Origin: Iphione sp. A-MEVVRFRX5
Lineage: Eukaryota
Assembly: GCA_976226885.1 (NCBI GenBank)
Contig: OZ320314.1
Location: forward strand, 36,270,001 to 36,334,000
Length of the DNA stretch: 64,000 nucleotides
Direction: 5' to 3'
Shown here: positions 60,289 through 64,000 of the stretch, piece after piece
Numbering within the stretch: the first letter of the stretch is position 1
How the letters are laid out: every line of letters starts with the position of its first letter
Notes under the pieces: model-generated
What the model was told of the DNA's origin: nothing
The model's input: the letters and a program-made list of their open reading frames with translations, nothing else
The model's database searches: none
Program-made: the position numbers and the translations under genes

Positions 60289-63200
60289 GCAGCGTGGTCA
60301 TAGCGCCCCGATATTCGTGCTTGGTTGAGGGTGGGTCGAAGCAGCGCCCGTAATACGCGGCTGTTTTATTATATTAGGCCGTGCGGGGCTCATTCGCGGT
60401 GCGCGGGCCTTCCCATTGCCGCCGCTAGAAGGTCAGCGGAGAGTTATGGCTGCGGCGCGGGCGACAAGAGCGAAGAGCGGCGCCTCGTTATAGCGTTACG
60501 AGCGAGGTGCGCGATGCGCACTATTGGTCTGATTGAATTCTGAGAACGGCAGCCACCGCACGGCTTCCTGGAGGACCGGCGGAACTCGGCGCAAAATATG
60601 GACAAAGGGCCCCCAGCGGGGCTCCTGCTTTTGCACTGAAAGGATAGCCGCCAGGAGCAGAGGCAGAGCACAAGCAAGCACATGCAAAGGGCTGGACCAC
60701 GTGACATACCTGAAGGCCAGGTGGCCGATGACTCTCCGTTTCAAGCAGGAAGATCAATCACCTAGGTAGCCCCCTCACTGTGGTCTTACTCACCCTCCAC
60801 TTACCTGGGGGCTTTCATCAGGACACTTCTTTGAGCTGAGTGGAAATAATAGAAATACCCTTTGGTGGGTCCATAAGCCTGGGATGGACTCCAGGTTTTA
60901 AGATGTCCTCTTTGAGTAAGTTTCAAAAACAGTCGGGAAAGATGAAGTAAGTAAAGCTAAACGCACCACATACTGCCAATCACTTTCAGATGCGAGGACA
61001 GATAAAACTTTTATTTCAGTCAACTTCCGCCGAATTGGGGGACAAAGTGTTCCAGAAATAGCAGATGGCGATATTGGTGCAATCAGGCGTTTGTAGGTAT
61101 GGTCAGATGCCCTGATAAAGTTTCTGCCCGGATAAGCAGGCGACTCTAAAGAGCCCATCGCGGAGGGCTTCATCACAGAGGTGCAGGCCCCGCAGCAAGC
61201 CGGCCGCGCTCATAGAACTGCGAGATTTGATAAGCATATTTCTGGCTTGTACTTGGTCCGTCTGGCACAGGGATGATGAGCAGCTCGGGAGCGCCTCATC
61301 AGGAACGCAACCAGCACGAAAATGGTAATATCGACGGCCGAACCAGCCTGTGCATATGTTCGCTACTTGTGTGACAGCCCGCCTACCCGTACCAGCCTGA
61401 AACCATCATATTCTAGTCGCTACAGATATTTGTTCTCAAAGCAGCACCTAAGTTACTATAGTGTTGAGCGGAAGGACACTTTCAATGTCACATGATGTAT
61501 GGGAGAGGCGCATGAATTTGAGAGGATCCCGCCAAACAAAGCTGTGTTTCTCACAATGGTTAACAAGTGGCCAACATGGGAAACTGCAATGAACTTATGC
61601 TCATGTCTTTTGTGGGAAAAAGCCATGTGTTTGTAACGGTTCGCGTTTAGCTAAGATTGAAGTTGCAAGATCCTGGAACACCATTAAGACTGAAAATGAA
61701 AACACATGTGCTTAATTTTTACAGCCCCATTAACATTTCAACAACACTTGATTTTAGTATTTTGTGTAGTTTTCGCAAATAGTATTTGCTGTCGCCATTG
61801 GACACAAGGAGAGTTTGACCCTAATTTTTAGTATTTGCTGACGGTATTACATGAAACGTTTTTGTAGTTTCCTTTGTCCCGAACGTTACAGCCATCATAC
61901 TTCTTTGAATGGGGCGGTTGGGGGGAATCTTATCACTTTGGCGTAAATTTCGATTCTCCCACCTAGATTGGCACGCTGAATACAAGCGGACATTTCAATC
62001 TTCAGCACCTTTTGGGTAGCCTCCATATTGGGTGGATGTATGCGTGCAGCTAGCGCAGTAGTCTTCAGGGCCACCAGACAGATGTTGATGGAAAACAGTT
62101 TGAAGACCAATCAGATCGCAGGAAGAATCTGAAATCGCTCACTCTGATAATCCTTTCAGCGTCAGGCAGTTGTCAGGACAGTGTGTATGATTGATTTGGT
62201 CAGAGCGAAGAATAAAACGGCGATTATACAATAACATCGTTCCAAAGTATATGTCTATATGCACATACTCACTTGCACTTTAGGCACAGGAAGATAAGTA
62301 TAACCTGAAAAATACCGTGCCAAATATTTGGAAATTTCTCTTCATGAGATAGATCACACAAAGCTATGCATAATCTTGGCAAAGTTTTAAAGTTTGAGAT
62401 TATATTCTGTGATCAACTCGACCACTGGTGGTTTATAACGATTGATATAAATGAAATTAGGACAGCTCATGGTATAAAATGTGAATGATAAATACATTTT
62501 AGTGGATTAGATTTAAACCACTTATATTATTCCATCAGCACGAAATGCCCCAGAATTGTCACAAATTCATGGCGGACGATGGTCATATTTCAAACAATCT
62601 TTTCAAGCCCTCTTCCGTCCAGTGGCGCGCGGCTTTAGAAATTGAATACGAACTAATCACAGAATGCGCTTCTTTATCCGAAGTTTTGTTCCACGGGCCG
62701 CAATTCACTTCGTAAAGAATGTAACGCTCCGCTGACTACATAATTTCCCGGATGTTTTAACCTGTCTCATTCTGAAAAAAAAAACAGAAAAAGATATCTG
62801 GTTTGCACGTACAGGTCACGTTAAAAGCTGCATCGGCGGGCGACCTGTAGATAAGATTTGTGAGAACACCTGCTGTCTCGTGGTGGTTTTCGGCTTAAAC
62901 GGTGAGTACTAGGTAGTGGGAGCTAGAGCGACTCGGTAGGGAGGTGAACTTCGTAGCGGCACTTGGCGAGCTGTGGACTTGCATGCAGACACAATCACGT
63001 TAAGCTGGCTTCTGTCCCCAAGGGAGGCTCAACTATAACGGCTCCGAGAAACTAATTGGCTGGACGTGTCCTTGCCCATATGGGAACGGCTCGCGCCTAG
63101 GTAGCACCTCACTCTTGAAGCTGATGGCACATCTTGACAGGAGCAGATCAAGCCCATGCATCGGCGCTAGAAGAACACATCACTGATTAACAGTTAGCCG

Positions 63201-64000
63201 GAAGATCCCCGAACCAAAAGCCAGATGCTCAGCTATTGTAGACTACATGCAAAAAAAACCGACGCAAGTATTATTAATGCCTCGGGCTACTCAGTCATTT
63301 CCTTCCGGGAGAACCACATTAGGATTATTACATTTGCTACTTATTCGTGCACTGTGAGAAGTCGTTCCTGAAATAAACCGATCTATGAAGCTCTACTGAC
63401 GCAAGTTCTTGAAAGCTAGGATTTGCACCGGATCCTCCATTCTCTATTTTTCATTTTGAACAGAAATATTTCCAGCAGTAACCGATCGGGACTACATTTA
63501 CATGTTGACGTGATGAAATATGCCCTGGTGGAAGCAGGAGTGTCATGGCGTTATTATTTAATGGTGGAATCGTTTTCCTTACTGCGACAATATGGCCTCA
63601 AGGCACTCTTGTCAAGAGCAAAGCATGTGTATAAGCATCTCCATAAAGGTGGCTAGGTATGCCCCCAGGCACATGAATCAATTTACATTATACATGTTAA
63701 TCTAAATATGGAACATAAAAACCCTGCGAAAAATTACTAGAGGGTGGAACGTTCTACGGTTAAAATTTAAATGCATAATTAGATGTCTATAATAATGATT
63801 TGCCATTTATTTTTCTCATATTTACTATTTGATTGTTGTGAAATCAAATCTTATCGACCATTTTTGGCGCTAGGCCACCTACAACAAGTTGTATTAGCAA
63901 GCTATTCGTATTTGCCGTTTACATTCATTGTGCGTGTCATTAGTAAGCGTACCAGTTGTGTACTATTGTTTCAGGCCATTACAGACAATAATCCGAGTCC

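Noticed and set aside
60898-61176. CUB-domain-like GSLESPAYPG in a minus-strand ORF
   Set aside because: Only the SPxYP motif matches; the conserved Cys and downstream strands are absent, and an in-frame stop lies just upstream without a usable acceptor.

Overview
Eukaryotic (metazoan, probably invertebrate) genomic DNA, mostly non-coding and rich in transposons; there are no prokaryotic genes, rRNA or CRISPR arrays. The centrepiece (47.1-52.5 kb) is a Ngaro-type tyrosine-recombinase retroelement (DIRS order). It has a complete A1-ORFs-B1-A2-B2 split-direct-repeat layout, a zinc-finger gag, an intact-looking tyrosine recombinase and a partial RNase H, but no reverse transcriptase. Its gag and pol are in one frame separated only by TGA-CAA, and both ends sit in (AT)n runs that resemble its internal B/A junction. 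A young pogo/Tigger transposon with an intact 512-aa transposase is inserted at a TA inside the A2 repeat. Also present: two decayed pogo copies (27.9-29.4 kb and 40.9-43.6 kb), two related ~180-bp Tigger-type MITEs, a decayed CR1/L2-like LINE (55.2-58.5 kb), a tRNA-derived SINE with a probable Meta core, several tandem repeats and CpG-rich islands. I could not identify any host protein-coding gene with confidence; only isolated exon candidates are noted.
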